Source: a virus
Taxonomy: Duplodnaviria; Caudoviricetes
DNA length: 64,000 nucleotides
Strand: one strand, 5' to 3'
IMG/VR virus record: IMGVR_UViG_3300025387_000009
The position numbers and the translations under genes are program-made. The notes under the pieces were generated by a model. It saw nothing but the letters and a program-made list of their open reading frames with translations, was not told the origin of the DNA and ran no database searches. Below, piece by piece: positions 37,531-47,699 of the stretch. Every line of letters starts with the position of its first letter. Position 1 is the first letter of the stretch.

Positions 37531-38289
37531 ATGAGTGCAACACAGAATGAATTAATAAACCCTTATTATGGTTTATTTTTTGGGTATCCAAATGGAACTG
37601 CCCAAATTTATGAATTATCTGGTAAGTTTGTTCCATTTTCTCCATTGATATTTCTTGCTCAAACTCAAGAAGAAGTTACAAATAAAGCAAACGAGTTAAA
37701 TTTGGTTACAGAAAGTTATCAAAGTATATATTTTAATCTTCCTAATGGTCATTCTCTTGCAAACATTAGAAGAGCAGGAAGTACAACTCTTACAACCCAA
37801 ATAGCACAAACATTTTTTCCAAGTATTAGTCCTATAGATTTTGGTGCTGGTATTATGCAATATAGTACACAACTTCCAATTTCAAGCGTTCCAACTGGTA
37901 TTCCTCATGCCGTTGTTAGACATCCAATTGAAAGATTCAAGAGTGCATTTGCAAAAAAACTTAAAGGTGTTCCACAACTCACCGCAGTAGGAGATTTTAT
38001 TGATTGGTTGGTTGAACAGGATAGAGGAACTTTAAATTGGCACTACAGACCACAAAGTATTATTATTGGCAATTTTCCAAATATTAAATATTATGATTTT
38101 GCCACTCAACTTGATCAATTAGCTTCTGATATTGGTTTACAATCACCATTACCAGTTATTAATAATACAAATTCATTATTAAAACCCGAATTAACACCGG
38201 AACAAATCACCGCATTGGAGAATTATTATTACGATGATATGACATTATATGCGAGTGTATCTACGGTGATCCCTTCAGTATCTAGTTAA
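37531..38289 (+). CDS. Sulfotransferase family 2-like protein
   Basis: IRRAGSTTL (variant PAPS loop), VVRHPIERFKSAF and HYRPQS. Confidence 0.7.
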   Translation: MSATQNELINPYYGLFFGYPNGTAQIYELSGKFVPFSPLIFLAQTQEEVTNKANELNLVTESYQSIYFNLPNGHSLANIRRAGSTTLTTQIAQTFFPSISPIDFGAGIMQYSTQLPISSVPTGIPHAVVRHPIERFKSAFAKKLKGVPQLTAVGDFIDWLVEQDRGTLNWHYRPQSIIIGNFPNIKYYDFATQLDQLASDIGLQSPLPVINNTNSLLKPELTPEQITALENYYYDDMTLYASVSTVIPSVSS

Positions 38290-38291
38290 TT

Positions 38292-41200
38292 ATGTCGCTA
38301 CAGGTAGAAACAAATCCATTTCAGTATAACAGTACATTAAGTGTATTAAGTACGCTTAATGCTTCTTGCATTCAAGGTACAGGAAATCAAACTATATTTT
38401 ATGACGGTCTTTCGGCTAATTGTATCGGTAACGGACCGCAAACGCTTTCCATAAACTATTCCAATGGAACTTACATAAGTTGCGGACTGACCGTTGGTGG
38501 CACACTAACTGTCCCTAATGGGATCAATGCAACAACTGCACAGTGCGATAGTGGTGGTTGTTGCATTAACTGGTTTATAACTGGAGCTTATGGGTGTTAT
38601 GTAGCATGTGCAAACAATGCTAACGCTGCACATAATGGAGTTGTACAACCTGGCTTCGGTAGTTCTCCTTTCATTGGCGCAGGTAGTTGTAATACAGCAT
38701 CAGCAAATTATGCAATCGTAGTTGGCGGTCGTTCAAATACGGCTTCCGCTACATATTCATTCGTCGGTAGCGGTCAAAATAATAATTCAACTAATAGTAA
38801 ATCCACCATATCAGGTGGTTATGGTAATAATGCTACGGGAGATAGTTCGTTTATAGGCGGCGGTTGCGGTAACCAAGCAACAGAATTAAATTCTACTGTA
38901 TCAGGTGGATATAATAATCAAGCAAATGGAATTAGATCATTTGTTGGTGCGGGTTATAGCAATCTTTCTAATGGTCAAGATTCCACCGTTTCTGGTGGTT
39001 ATACCAACAAGGCATATGCTGCCTGTTCAACAATAGGTGGTGGGTGCAACAATCTTGTTAATACATATGGCGGTCTCAGTACAATATCAGGTGGATATGG
39101 TAACAGTGTAGGCAACGGCGGTTGCGATACTATCGCAGGTGGATCACATAATACAGCATGTCCAAATGGGGGCGGATCTTTTATTGGCGGTGGTCTAACC
39201 AATTCGATACTTCCTAATGGAGATCAAAGTGTTATCGTTGGTGGCGATGGCAACTTAATACAAGATTACAATGGATTTATTGGTGGCGGCGGTAGCAACG
39301 TTTTATGTGGCACTGTTACTTATGTATTTAATTGTTATTCAACGATTGGTGGTGGTTTCGGTAATGTTATATGCTCTGCATATTCCTTTATTGGTGGTGG
39401 TTTGAGTAACATTGCAGGTTGGGGAGGTATGAGACCAACCGGAGCAGACTATAATAGTTATGCAGTTGTTGGCGGAGGTCAAAGTAATATTGCTTGCGGA
39501 TATTATTCTGCAATAGTTGGTGGAAAATCAAACACCGCATCTGGTTATTATTCTTTTATTGCTGGTGGATCTGCCAATAATACAAACAGACTTAGTAATA
39601 CATTTATCCTAGGTTCAAACATAACAGCTAATATAGCAAACTATACATATGTAAATAATATTTCTTCGCTGGGTATAGTAGCTGATGCATCAGGAAACAG
39701 CAATAATTGGAACAGTGTATATAATACTTGGGGTAGTACTACAAATAATAGTTCCAACTGGAACAGTGTATATAATACTTGGGGTAGTACTACAAATAAT
39801 AGTTCCAACTGGAACAGTATTTCATTTTTACAAGCATTATCTGCTAATGATAAATCGGTTTATAGTTATGTAAATTCAAATTCCTCAAATTGGAATAGTA
39901 TATCCTTTTTACAATCAGCTAGTGCAAATAACGCATCTGTATACAGTAAGGTAAATTCCACTTCAGCTAACTGGAGTTCTGTCTACACTTTGGTTAATTC
40001 AACTACGGCAACCACATTTAAAGTTAGTGCATTGAGTGCACAAAGTACAATAATTGGTAGTGGATTTTGGGCAAATAGTACATATGCTGGAGTAAGTGGA
40101 GACGGTGTTATTATTGATTATATACAAGGTTCGCCAGGCATTGGTCGCATCAGCGTAGGTAATGCAACAGGCGCAGATAGTTTAGCTTTTTATAGTAACG
40201 GACCTGGATTTTCAAATCCAACCACAACAATGTATTTGTCATCCAATGGTTATGTTGGTATTAATACTTCTACACCAAATCAAGTATTAACAGTTTCTGG
40301 TACGATATCAGCATCTAATGCGGTTTATGCTAATGGTGTATTACTAGGAAGCGGCGGGAGTAGTTCCGTTACAGCGGTAAGTGGTACAGCAAATCAAATA
40401 GCAGCTAGCTATTCTTCTGGTACTGTTACGTTAAGCCTACCATCACCTGTATGTACACCAAGTAGTATATGTTTGGCATCAGGATTTCTTGTTTCAAGAG
40501 GAAATTATATTGGTGGTAATAATACAGCTTTAGGTGTTAATGCATTGAGAGTTAATACTTCATGTGGTATAAATAATATTGCTTTAGGCGATACAACTTT
40601 ATATTCAAATACAAGTGGTTCTTGTAATACAGCATCTGGTTATAATGCGCTCTATTATAATGTTTGCGGTAGCAATAACAATGCTATTGGTTGGAGATCT
40701 CTTTTTAATAATACATGCGGAAATGCTAATGTAGCTATAGGCCCTGCAGCCTCGTATTGTAACACTACCGGATGCAATAACGTATCAATTGGTTCATATT
40801 CAGGTTATGCTAATAGACTAGGTATACACAATATTGCAATTGGAAATAATGCGCTTTATAGCTCTAATGCTACAGGGTCGACAGTTAGTAACTATAATGT
40901 CGCTATTGGTAAATCAGTAATGACTCGAAACAGCACGGGTAGTTTTAATGTTAATATTGGTACAGCATCTAACTATAATAATACTGTAGGCAGCTGCAAT
41001 ACAAGTATTGGTACAAATACTCTTTATAATAATGTATCAGGTTGCAATAATTCAGCATTTGGTTTTAGAGCTTTGTGCTCAAATATAGGTGGTTGCAGCA
41101 ATCTCACTTTTGGAGATTTTGCATTAGCTGCCAATACATTTGGAAATTTTAATATTGCGTTGGGATCAAATGCGGGTTGTAATCTCACTACAGGAAATAA

Positions 41201-41831
41201 TAACACAATAATAGGTGCTAATATGACGGGCACTGCTGGTTTAGCAAATACATTTATCGCTGGTGCGGGTGGTACTGAACGTTTTAGAGTGGATCAAAAT
41301 GGTAATTTTGGTATTAATACCACAATACCTAATAATACATTAACAGTTAATGGTAGCATTAGCGCAACAGGAAGTCTTATTGCAAATGGTGCTTATACTG
41401 CCACCGCATATCTTTCGGCTAACGTAACAGCACCACAAAATAATGATCTTTGGTTGCCATTATCACCAAAAAATGATCCTAATAATTGGATTTCAAATAT
41501 TGGTACGTATCCAGCACTATCTGGTAAGATAACCCCAACCGTGCCAGGCTACTATTTTATAAATTATCAAATAGCATGGAATGGGACTACAGGTACTGGA
41601 CAAAATAATGCTCAAATTCGCATAAATGGTACTAATACAAAATCTCTTGTACAAATGCCATTATTTACTGGTTCTGGTGGTGCTCAAACTCAAACGGCAA
41701 CTTCTATAATTTATCTTAATGGTGTTTCAGATTATATTGACGTTTCTGGCTATAGCAGTGCAACAAGTCAAACTATAGTCGGTACAACTGACGGTAATTG
41801 GACAAAAGTTGAGATATATAGAATCAACTAA
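38292..41831 (+). CDS. Long tail fibre/adhesin: GGxxN repeats, Ser/Asn module, NxAxG repeats, C1q-like tip
   Basis: Autotransporter-like repeats; C-terminal TPTVPGYYFINYQI resembles C1q/TNF-like domains. Confidence 0.75.
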   Translation: MSLQVETNPFQYNSTLSVLSTLNASCIQGTGNQTIFYDGLSANCIGNGPQTLSINYSNGTYISCGLTVGGTLTVPNGINATTAQCDSGGCCINWFITGAYGCYVACANNANAAHNGVVQPGFGSSPFIGAGSCNTASANYAIVVGGRSNTASATYSFVGSGQNNNSTNSKSTISGGYGNNATGDSSFIGGGCGNQATELNSTVSGGYNNQANGIRSFVGAGYSNLSNGQDSTVSGGYTNKAYAACSTIGGGCNNLVNTYGGLSTISGGYGNSVGNGGCDTIAGGSHNTACPNGGGSFIGGGLTNSILPNGDQSVIVGGDGNLIQDYNGFIGGGGSNVLCGTVTYVFNCYSTIGGGFGNVICSAYSFIGGGLSNIAGWGGMRPTGADYNSYAVVGGGQSNIACGYYSAIVGGKSNTASGYYSFIAGGSANNTNRLSNTFILGSNITANIANYTYVNNISSLGIVADASGNSNNWNSVYNTWGSTTNNSSNWNSVYNTWGSTTNNSSNWNSISFLQALSANDKSVYSYVNSNSSNWNSISFLQSASANNASVYSKVNSTSANWSSVYTLVNSTTATTFKVSALSAQSTIIGSGFWANSTYAGVSGDGVIIDYIQGSPGIGRISVGNATGADSLAFYSNGPGFSNPTTTMYLSSNGYVGINTSTPNQVLTVSGTISASNAVYANGVLLGSGGSSSVTAVSGTANQIAASYSSGTVTLSLPSPVCTPSSICLASGFLVSRGNYIGGNNTALGVNALRVNTSCGINNIALGDTTLYSNTSGSCNTASGYNALYYNVCGSNNNAIGWRSLFNNTCGNANVAIGPAASYCNTTGCNNVSIGSYSGYANRLGIHNIAIGNNALYSSNATGSTVSNYNVAIGKSVMTRNSTGSFNVNIGTASNYNNTVGSCNTSIGTNTLYNNVSGCNNSAFGFRALCSNIGGCSNLTFGDFALAANTFGNFNIALGSNAGCNLTTGNNNTIIGANMTGTAGLANTFIAGAGGTERFRVDQNGNFGINTTIPNNTLTVNGSISATGSLIANGAYTATAYLSANVTAPQNNDLWLPLSPKNDPNNWISNIGTYPALSGKITPTVPGYYFINYQIAWNGTTGTGQNNAQIRINGTNTKSLVQMPLFTGSGGAQTQTATSIIYLNGVSDYIDVSGYSSATSQTIVGTTDGNWTKVEIYRIN
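39708..39818 (+). repeat. 51-bp tandem repeat, about 2.2 copies (WNSVYNTWGSTTNNSSN)
   Basis: tggaacagt recurs at 39708, 39759 and 39810. Confidence 0.85.
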
Positions 41832-41836
41832 AATAG

Positions 41837-43993
41837 ATGTCAAATATTTTAACAACGCAAGCTACTAAAACTTTTCCAACAGGTGCAATAGCCTATTGGA
41901 GTTTAGGTAATGATGGTTCAGGTAATTTAAATTTAACAGATTTAACAGGCAACGGAAATACCTTAACAAACAATGGAGGTGTTACGTTAGGCACTGGACT
42001 TTTAAGCGGTTGCGCCGTTTTTAACCCAAACAATAACACTTATTTATACATATCTCCTAATAACGCTTTTAATTTTTCTGGAGATTTTTCCATCCAAGCG
42101 TGGATTAATTCGGCAGGTCAAACTAGATCATATCCTGCAATATTTTCTTCTCAGTATGGTTGGGTAACAAATAGTGTTAAGTTAGATTTTTTTTATGCAA
42201 ATAATCAAGCAATTGGTTATGAACACAATGGCACGATTGTTAACGGAATTGTTAATTCCAGCAACGCAACAGTTGGCGTATGGTATCATGCAGTTATTGT
42301 AAAACAAAACAATTTAGCAACTCTTTATATCAATAATGTAGCAGTTGCTTCACAAAACGATAATATTTTAGCTGCATTCAATAATAATAATAGTGGTACT
42401 GTTATAGGAGGAGGTGATTGGGATGGATATAATAGTTATTTTAATGGTAGTTTGTGCGAAATAGGTGTTTGGAATAGAGCATTATCCCCAAATGAAATCT
42501 CAATTCTTTACAACCGTGGCAATGCTTTTTCTTATAATAGCACTATCAGCCTACAAACTAACCCACAATTTATAACTAGTAACCCACGATTTTTAACAAA
42601 TCAATTATCTGCGGTTTCAACACAGCCATCATTATTAATGGTTATGAATAATAATTTTAATGATAGTTCAACTTATAATAATAGTATTACAATTAATACA
42701 GGAACCCCGATAATAAAATCGTTTAATGATTTATCTAATAAAACATATAGCGCAGGATATTTTAATGGTTCAAGCTCATTGGTATTAAATGATGCCAGTG
42801 AATTTAATTTAGCTAGTGTACCATCAACAATTGAAGCATGGTTTTATGCAAAATCACTATATACAAATGGGAATGCAGCGAGTACGATTATATCTAAAGA
42901 TACATATGGTTCAAATTTTTCTTGGTGTATAGCAATTTATAGTGATGCAATATTTGTGGGAACCGATAATATTAATGGTAATTGGAATTTTACAAGTACA
43001 GGTCTTAATATTACAACAAACACTTGGCATCATGTTGCATTTTGTTCTGATGGTTCTAATCAGTATATGTATCTTGATGGCAATTTGGTCGGTAGTGTTA
43101 ATTTTCCATTAACAGATGCTTCTTCAAATATATCTATTGGTTGCATGAGTTATAACAATCTTGGTAATTATTTTAATGGTTATATCCAAGATATAAGAGT
43201 TACACAAGGAACGATGATATATCATTCTAATTTCACACCATTGCCACCAATTAGTAACTTGCCGCCAATAACTAATAATGCTCAAATTATAACAACAACT
43301 GTTTCCCCTCAACTTCCCACTGGCAATATTACTCTTTTGCTAGATGCAACAAATACATCTAGCTATTCTGGTAGCGGTGGAGTATGGTATGATGTGAGCG
43401 GAAATGGTAATAATTTTAATATTAATTCTGCTGCGTTTAATTCCGGTAGCAAATATATGGACTTCAAAGGAAGTTATGGAATGGCAAAAAATTCTTCTGA
43501 CATAAATCTGTCTGGAGATGTTACGTATATTTGTGCAACCAGAATTTTAAATTCGGCAGGAGATTGGAGAACACTAACTCGTGCATATGGATCGCCTGGT
43601 AATCATCAGGTAATTGTACAATCTGGTGGATGGGATATAGGAACATACATAGGTAACGGTTCTGGTTTTAGAGATACTGGATATTCTCAACAATCTCTCC
43701 CTGGCTATGCATCTAATTCCTTTGATATAATGTGTTGGAGATGGACAGATGGTGATAATCCTACATATAATTTAAATGTTAATGGTGTAAATGTAGGATC
43801 TATAACAGATTCTGTTGCTAGGTATGTAATAGGATTTGGTTCTATTGGCGGATATCACAATGGAAACACAGACCCTAATAGCGGATCTCAATATTGGGGA
43901 GATATAAAATATTTTATAGTTTACAACAGAAGACTAACGGATGTAGAGGTACGATTTGCTTATTCTTATTTAAAATCTTATTTAGGAATCTAA
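41837..43993 (+). CDS. Multi-domain LamG/concanavalin A-like virion protein
   Basis: AYWSL...DLTGNGNTL, WYHAVIV, TWHHVAF, YLDG and FNGYIQDIRVT motifs. Confidence 0.8.
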   Translation: MSNILTTQATKTFPTGAIAYWSLGNDGSGNLNLTDLTGNGNTLTNNGGVTLGTGLLSGCAVFNPNNNTYLYISPNNAFNFSGDFSIQAWINSAGQTRSYPAIFSSQYGWVTNSVKLDFFYANNQAIGYEHNGTIVNGIVNSSNATVGVWYHAVIVKQNNLATLYINNVAVASQNDNILAAFNNNNSGTVIGGGDWDGYNSYFNGSLCEIGVWNRALSPNEISILYNRGNAFSYNSTISLQTNPQFITSNPRFLTNQLSAVSTQPSLLMVMNNNFNDSSTYNNSITINTGTPIIKSFNDLSNKTYSAGYFNGSSSLVLNDASEFNLASVPSTIEAWFYAKSLYTNGNAASTIISKDTYGSNFSWCIAIYSDAIFVGTDNINGNWNFTSTGLNITTNTWHHVAFCSDGSNQYMYLDGNLVGSVNFPLTDASSNISIGCMSYNNLGNYFNGYIQDIRVTQGTMIYHSNFTPLPPISNLPPITNNAQIITTTVSPQLPTGNITLLLDATNTSSYSGSGGVWYDVSGNGNNFNINSAAFNSGSKYMDFKGSYGMAKNSSDINLSGDVTYICATRILNSAGDWRTLTRAYGSPGNHQVIVQSGGWDIGTYIGNGSGFRDTGYSQQSLPGYASNSFDIMCWRWTDGDNPTYNLNVNGVNVGSITDSVARYVIGFGSIGGYHNGNTDPNSGSQYWGDIKYFIVYNRRLTDVEVRFAYSYLKSYLGI

Positions 43994-43998
43994 ATTAA

Positions 43999-44823
43999 TT
44001 ATTTGGTATATCCAAATCCTTGCTGATACCAAGCGAGATTATTATCGATCCAATCACAAACTTGTTTACCTAAAATATTGTTATAATCAGGTGTTAAAGG
44101 TTGAACTTTTCTTCTAATAGTATGAAGATCATTTGAAAACCCATAAACCGAATCGTCTTCCTTTACGGTTTGTTCTACGTTGTCAAAATCATGTTTATGT
44201 GAATTTAATCCAAGATATTCGTATGCTTTATCCATTTCCTTTTGGGGATATGAGGTTAAATCTTCTGCTCTTATATAAAGAACCTCTTTGTTAATTCCTT
44301 CTAAAAAGGTTTGTTGCAATCTTTCAAGAGCTAATCCAACAGGAGGAGCAGCAAGCCAAGAATCTATTCTCTTTGCCGTGGATGTGCCTTTCATTTCCGA
44401 ATGATTCTGGATAGCCTGATGATATTCTTGACCATTCCTATAAAGTTTTTCCATCGATGCAAAAATACTCTTTAGATTTCTGACCATACAAATCATTTTA
44501 GGCTTATATGGCATAAAAGACTCAAACCATTTATAGTGAATAGTTCCACCACGAGTCTTAATACAGATATTTGGTTTATCGGTGTAAGAATTTGCATAAC
44601 CTTCTAATCCACCCCAACAGAAACCTCTCCATGTTTGCTGAGCCAATGCCTTATCTATTGCCTTAACTTCGGGTGTATTAGTGTAGTTCATTCTAGCACC
44701 ATACAAATATTCTAATACTGGATCAGTTGGAGTTGCGTGGATCTCAGGATGTTGATTTAAAATACACTGAAATAGTGTACTCATGCTGCGAGGCATTGAT
44801 GAATTAAAGAATATGTTTTTCAT
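43999..44823 (-). CDS. Sulfotransferase family protein
   Basis: SSMPRSMSTLFQCILNQHPEI (PAPS loop) and VRNLKSIFAS. Confidence 0.78.
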   Translation of the reverse strand: MKNIFFNSSMPRSMSTLFQCILNQHPEIHATPTDPVLEYLYGARMNYTNTPEVKAIDKALAQQTWRGFCWGGLEGYANSYTDKPNICIKTRGGTIHYKWFESFMPYKPKMICMVRNLKSIFASMEKLYRNGQEYHQAIQNHSEMKGTSTAKRIDSWLAAPPVGLALERLQQTFLEGINKEVLYIRAEDLTSYPQKEMDKAYEYLGLNSHKHDFDNVEQTVKEDDSVYGFSNDLHTIRRKVQPLTPDYNNILGKQVCDWIDNNLAWYQQGFGYTK

Positions 44824-45761
44824 TAGTTAAATTTAATAGTTGGCTGATCAACAATATCAAAGGTTAATTCATTTTTGGAGCCTAAAATCGATTCAATGAA
44901 CTGATCTTTGTCAAAAAGATTAGCCAAATTATCATAAGGACATTCATGGAACCTTCCACCCGTCCAATCATCCTCTTCAAGATATGAATCAATACGATGA
45001 CGGAACGATTCTGCTCCGTTTGCTACGATATTGTCATGGATTTCATGTCCAAAAACAACAGGAGAGTTGGAAATCCAACCAACTGTTGCTTTTTTACCAA
45101 ATGCAGCAGCTGCATGCTGAGCAAATGAATCAATTCCAAGAATTTTATCAGAAAGTGCGACATAACAGAACAAATTCCTGAAATTATCACTTACAAAAAT
45201 AGTTCCATCAAGTGGTGGTTGATTTTCTCTTCTAACATGAAGAATTTTACTGAATTTATCACTAACGGAATTAACAAGTTCCTGTGCAAAAGCAGGAGGA
45301 AGGTCTCTTGACCATGAATACGGATGACCTTGCTGTTCAGCACCACCCGAAGACTGAATTAGGAGAACAGGTCCGTCCTTTTGAAGTTGCTTTTGAGCAA
45401 ATAAAAGCTCTCTTTCCGTTAAGAATATCTCTGGTTTCTTATCGATGCATGGAATATTAAAAACATCACACCAAATTTCGGTTAATGACTTTCTACGATA
45501 TAATAAATCACCAGAATGATAAGGTTCGGAGCGTAAAATTACTGAATCCGTACCATTAATGTAATCATCGTAGAAATAAGGAATATTACCAAACTTATAA
45601 ACTCTATAAATACTGGGATTGTGTACGAAAACTTCGGGCCATGCCGTAACAACAATTAACTTACGATCAGGGTAAGCTGCCTTGATTGATTTAACGACAG
45701 AAGTTGCAACAATGTTTTTACCACAACCACCGTCAATGTGAAAGATAACATATTTGTCCAT
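44823..45761 (-). CDS. GT9 (heptosyltransferase)-like glycosyltransferase
   Basis: GGCGKNIVAT...IKAAYPDRKLIV...PEVFVHNP; GIDSFAQHAAAAFGK. Confidence 0.65.
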   Translation of the reverse strand: MDKYVIFHIDGGCGKNIVATSVVKSIKAAYPDRKLIVVTAWPEVFVHNPSIYRVYKFGNIPYFYDDYINGTDSVILRSEPYHSGDLLYRRKSLTEIWCDVFNIPCIDKKPEIFLTERELLFAQKQLQKDGPVLLIQSSGGAEQQGHPYSWSRDLPPAFAQELVNSVSDKFSKILHVRRENQPPLDGTIFVSDNFRNLFCYVALSDKILGIDSFAQHAAAAFGKKATVGWISNSPVVFGHEIHDNIVANGAESFRHRIDSYLEEDDWTGGRFHECPYDNLANLFDKDQFIESILGSKNELTFDIVDQPTIKFN

Positions 45762-45767
45762 ATGTCA

Positions 45768-45795
45768 AATTTATCATAATGTAAAATTAAATCAA
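45768..45795 (-). promoter_or_regulatory. Sigma70-type promoter of the GT9/sulfotransferase pair
   Basis: TTGATT-N16-TAAATT-N6-ATG on the minus strand. Confidence 0.45.
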
Positions 45796-45833
45796 GTATC
45801 TTGATAAGTATAATATTACACTAAATAATTCAA

Positions 45834-47696
45834 ATGCCTGACGTATTACCTACACCGAATAGACAGCCAGATAACGGTAGAAATTTCATATCAAATATTC
45901 TTTCTAGATTGCCTTATATCCAAGACGCAGTGGATGCTGATATTGGAAATCCAAGATATGAACTTTTCGACCGCTTATCAAAAAGACATGAATATCGTGT
46001 CATGCAGCAGTCCGTTATTACCGGTCCCGCAATGCGCCAGAATACGGATCAGTACGGACCTGGCTCCTTTACCTCTGATCACGCATATCACAAATACATT
46101 TATGCCAGTGTTGACGTTGATAAAATCAGAAGAATTGCAGAGTATCGCAGAATGGGATCTTATGCAGAAATCGCAGACTGTTTAGATGAAATTTGTGATG
46201 AATTTCTAAATAAGGATGATGAGGATAAATTTTTAAGAATTGGATTTTCAACATTTGGTAAATTAGACTCAAATGAGAGAAGTGAAATTGAAAAAGAGTT
46301 TTACAAATTCATTCAAGTTTTTGACTTGGAGCACAAAGGTTGGGGATATTGTAGACAGCTTTTAATCGAAGGTGAAATTTTCTTTGAAAACGTTGTTCAC
46401 GAAAGAAAAAGAGAATTAGGTATTATTGGTGTGTTGAATATACCAGGTGAATTGATCAATCCAGTTTACGATAATGTTCAAAATAACGTAATTGAAAACT
46501 TCATTTTCCAAAAACCAATTAGCTTACAACAACACGCAAGTAGTCCAAATAGCCCATCTGCTCCACCTTCATCACAGAATAATTCCAATTCCTTGCAACA
46601 ACAATTAATCACATTCCAAGGAAATCAGATTACCTATATTAATTCTGGCATGTGGAATGAAGACATGTCAATTAAGGTTCCGTTCCTTGAAAATGCTCGT
46701 CGTTCATATAAGCAGGTTTCATTACTTGAAGATGCGGTAGTCATTTATCGAATGGTTCGTGCACCAGAACGTCTTAAATTTAAAATTGATGTTGGTAATA
46801 TGCCACCCGCTAAAGCAGAGGCATATTTAAAACAACTCATGCAAGCATATTGGTCTAAAAAGACATATGATGCGCAATCTGGAAAGGGTGCTGGTAACAT
46901 TTACGATCCACAATCTATGTTGGATGCTTTTTGGTTTGCAAAGCGTCAAGGTGAAGCAGGAAGTGATGTAGAACTTATGCAAGGTGGAGCAAATCTTGGT
47001 AAGATTGAAGATTTGACCTATTTTGTCAATAAACTTTATAAGAGCCTCAAGGTTCCTTTAACTCGTATGAACCCAGACGAGGGATATAAAGATGGTGCAG
47101 AAATTTTAAGAGAAGAATTACGTTTTGCAAAATTTGTTGTTCGTATTCAAAATCAATTTGCAACAGGTCTTAAAGAAACATTCATTACTCATTTAAAACT
47201 CCGTGGATGGTGGAAAGAATACGGAATGCATGAATCGTATTTCGATATTCACTTTAATCCTCCTTCCAATTATTTTGCAATTAGAAAGAATCAAGAATTT
47301 GAATTAAAGTATAATAATTTCAATAACATGTCTCAGAATGAATCAATTTCTAAGACATTTGCCCAGCGTCACTATCTCGGATTAAACGATGCCAAGATTT
47401 CCGAAAACATGGAATGGCTCAGAAAGGATGCAGCACTCAAATGGGAGTTGGATCAGATTGCTCAGACCGGACCCAACTGGCGTGAACACATTCAAGCGGC
47501 AGAGCAAGCCGCTGGTGCACTTGGAGCAGGTGGCGCAGCCGCACCAGCAGCGGGTGGAGGCGGTGGAGCACCAACGGCAGCTGAAATCCCAGAATTCGGT
47601 GGTGGTGCTACAGCAGAAACGACACAAGCACCGGAAGCAGCTACAACGGAAGTTCCTGAAGCTGGCGCAGAAGCTACGGAAACACCAGCAGCATAA
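45834..47696 (+). CDS. gp20: Portal vertex protein (T4 gp20)
   Basis: LEDAVVIYRMVRAPER..FKIDVGNMPPAKAEAYL, SMLDAFW, YKSLKVP.TR and ELRFAKF. Confidence 0.95.
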   Translation: MPDVLPTPNRQPDNGRNFISNILSRLPYIQDAVDADIGNPRYELFDRLSKRHEYRVMQQSVITGPAMRQNTDQYGPGSFTSDHAYHKYIYASVDVDKIRRIAEYRRMGSYAEIADCLDEICDEFLNKDDEDKFLRIGFSTFGKLDSNERSEIEKEFYKFIQVFDLEHKGWGYCRQLLIEGEIFFENVVHERKRELGIIGVLNIPGELINPVYDNVQNNVIENFIFQKPISLQQHASSPNSPSAPPSSQNNSNSLQQQLITFQGNQITYINSGMWNEDMSIKVPFLENARRSYKQVSLLEDAVVIYRMVRAPERLKFKIDVGNMPPAKAEAYLKQLMQAYWSKKTYDAQSGKGAGNIYDPQSMLDAFWFAKRQGEAGSDVELMQGGANLGKIEDLTYFVNKLYKSLKVPLTRMNPDEGYKDGAEILREELRFAKFVVRIQNQFATGLKETFITHLKLRGWWKEYGMHESYFDIHFNPPSNYFAIRKNQEFELKYNNFNNMSQNESISKTFAQRHYLGLNDAKISENMEWLRKDAALKWELDQIAQTGPNWREHIQAAEQAAGALGAGGAAAPAAGGGGGAPTAAEIPEFGGGATAETTQAPEAATTEVPEAGAEATETPAA

Positions 47697-47699
47697 TGT

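Noticed and set aside
29460-39818. Direct repeats of 42-143 bp as a CRISPR array
   Set aside because: Repeats are in-frame multiples of 3 inside long ORFs, adjacent without unique spacers, and no cas genes are present
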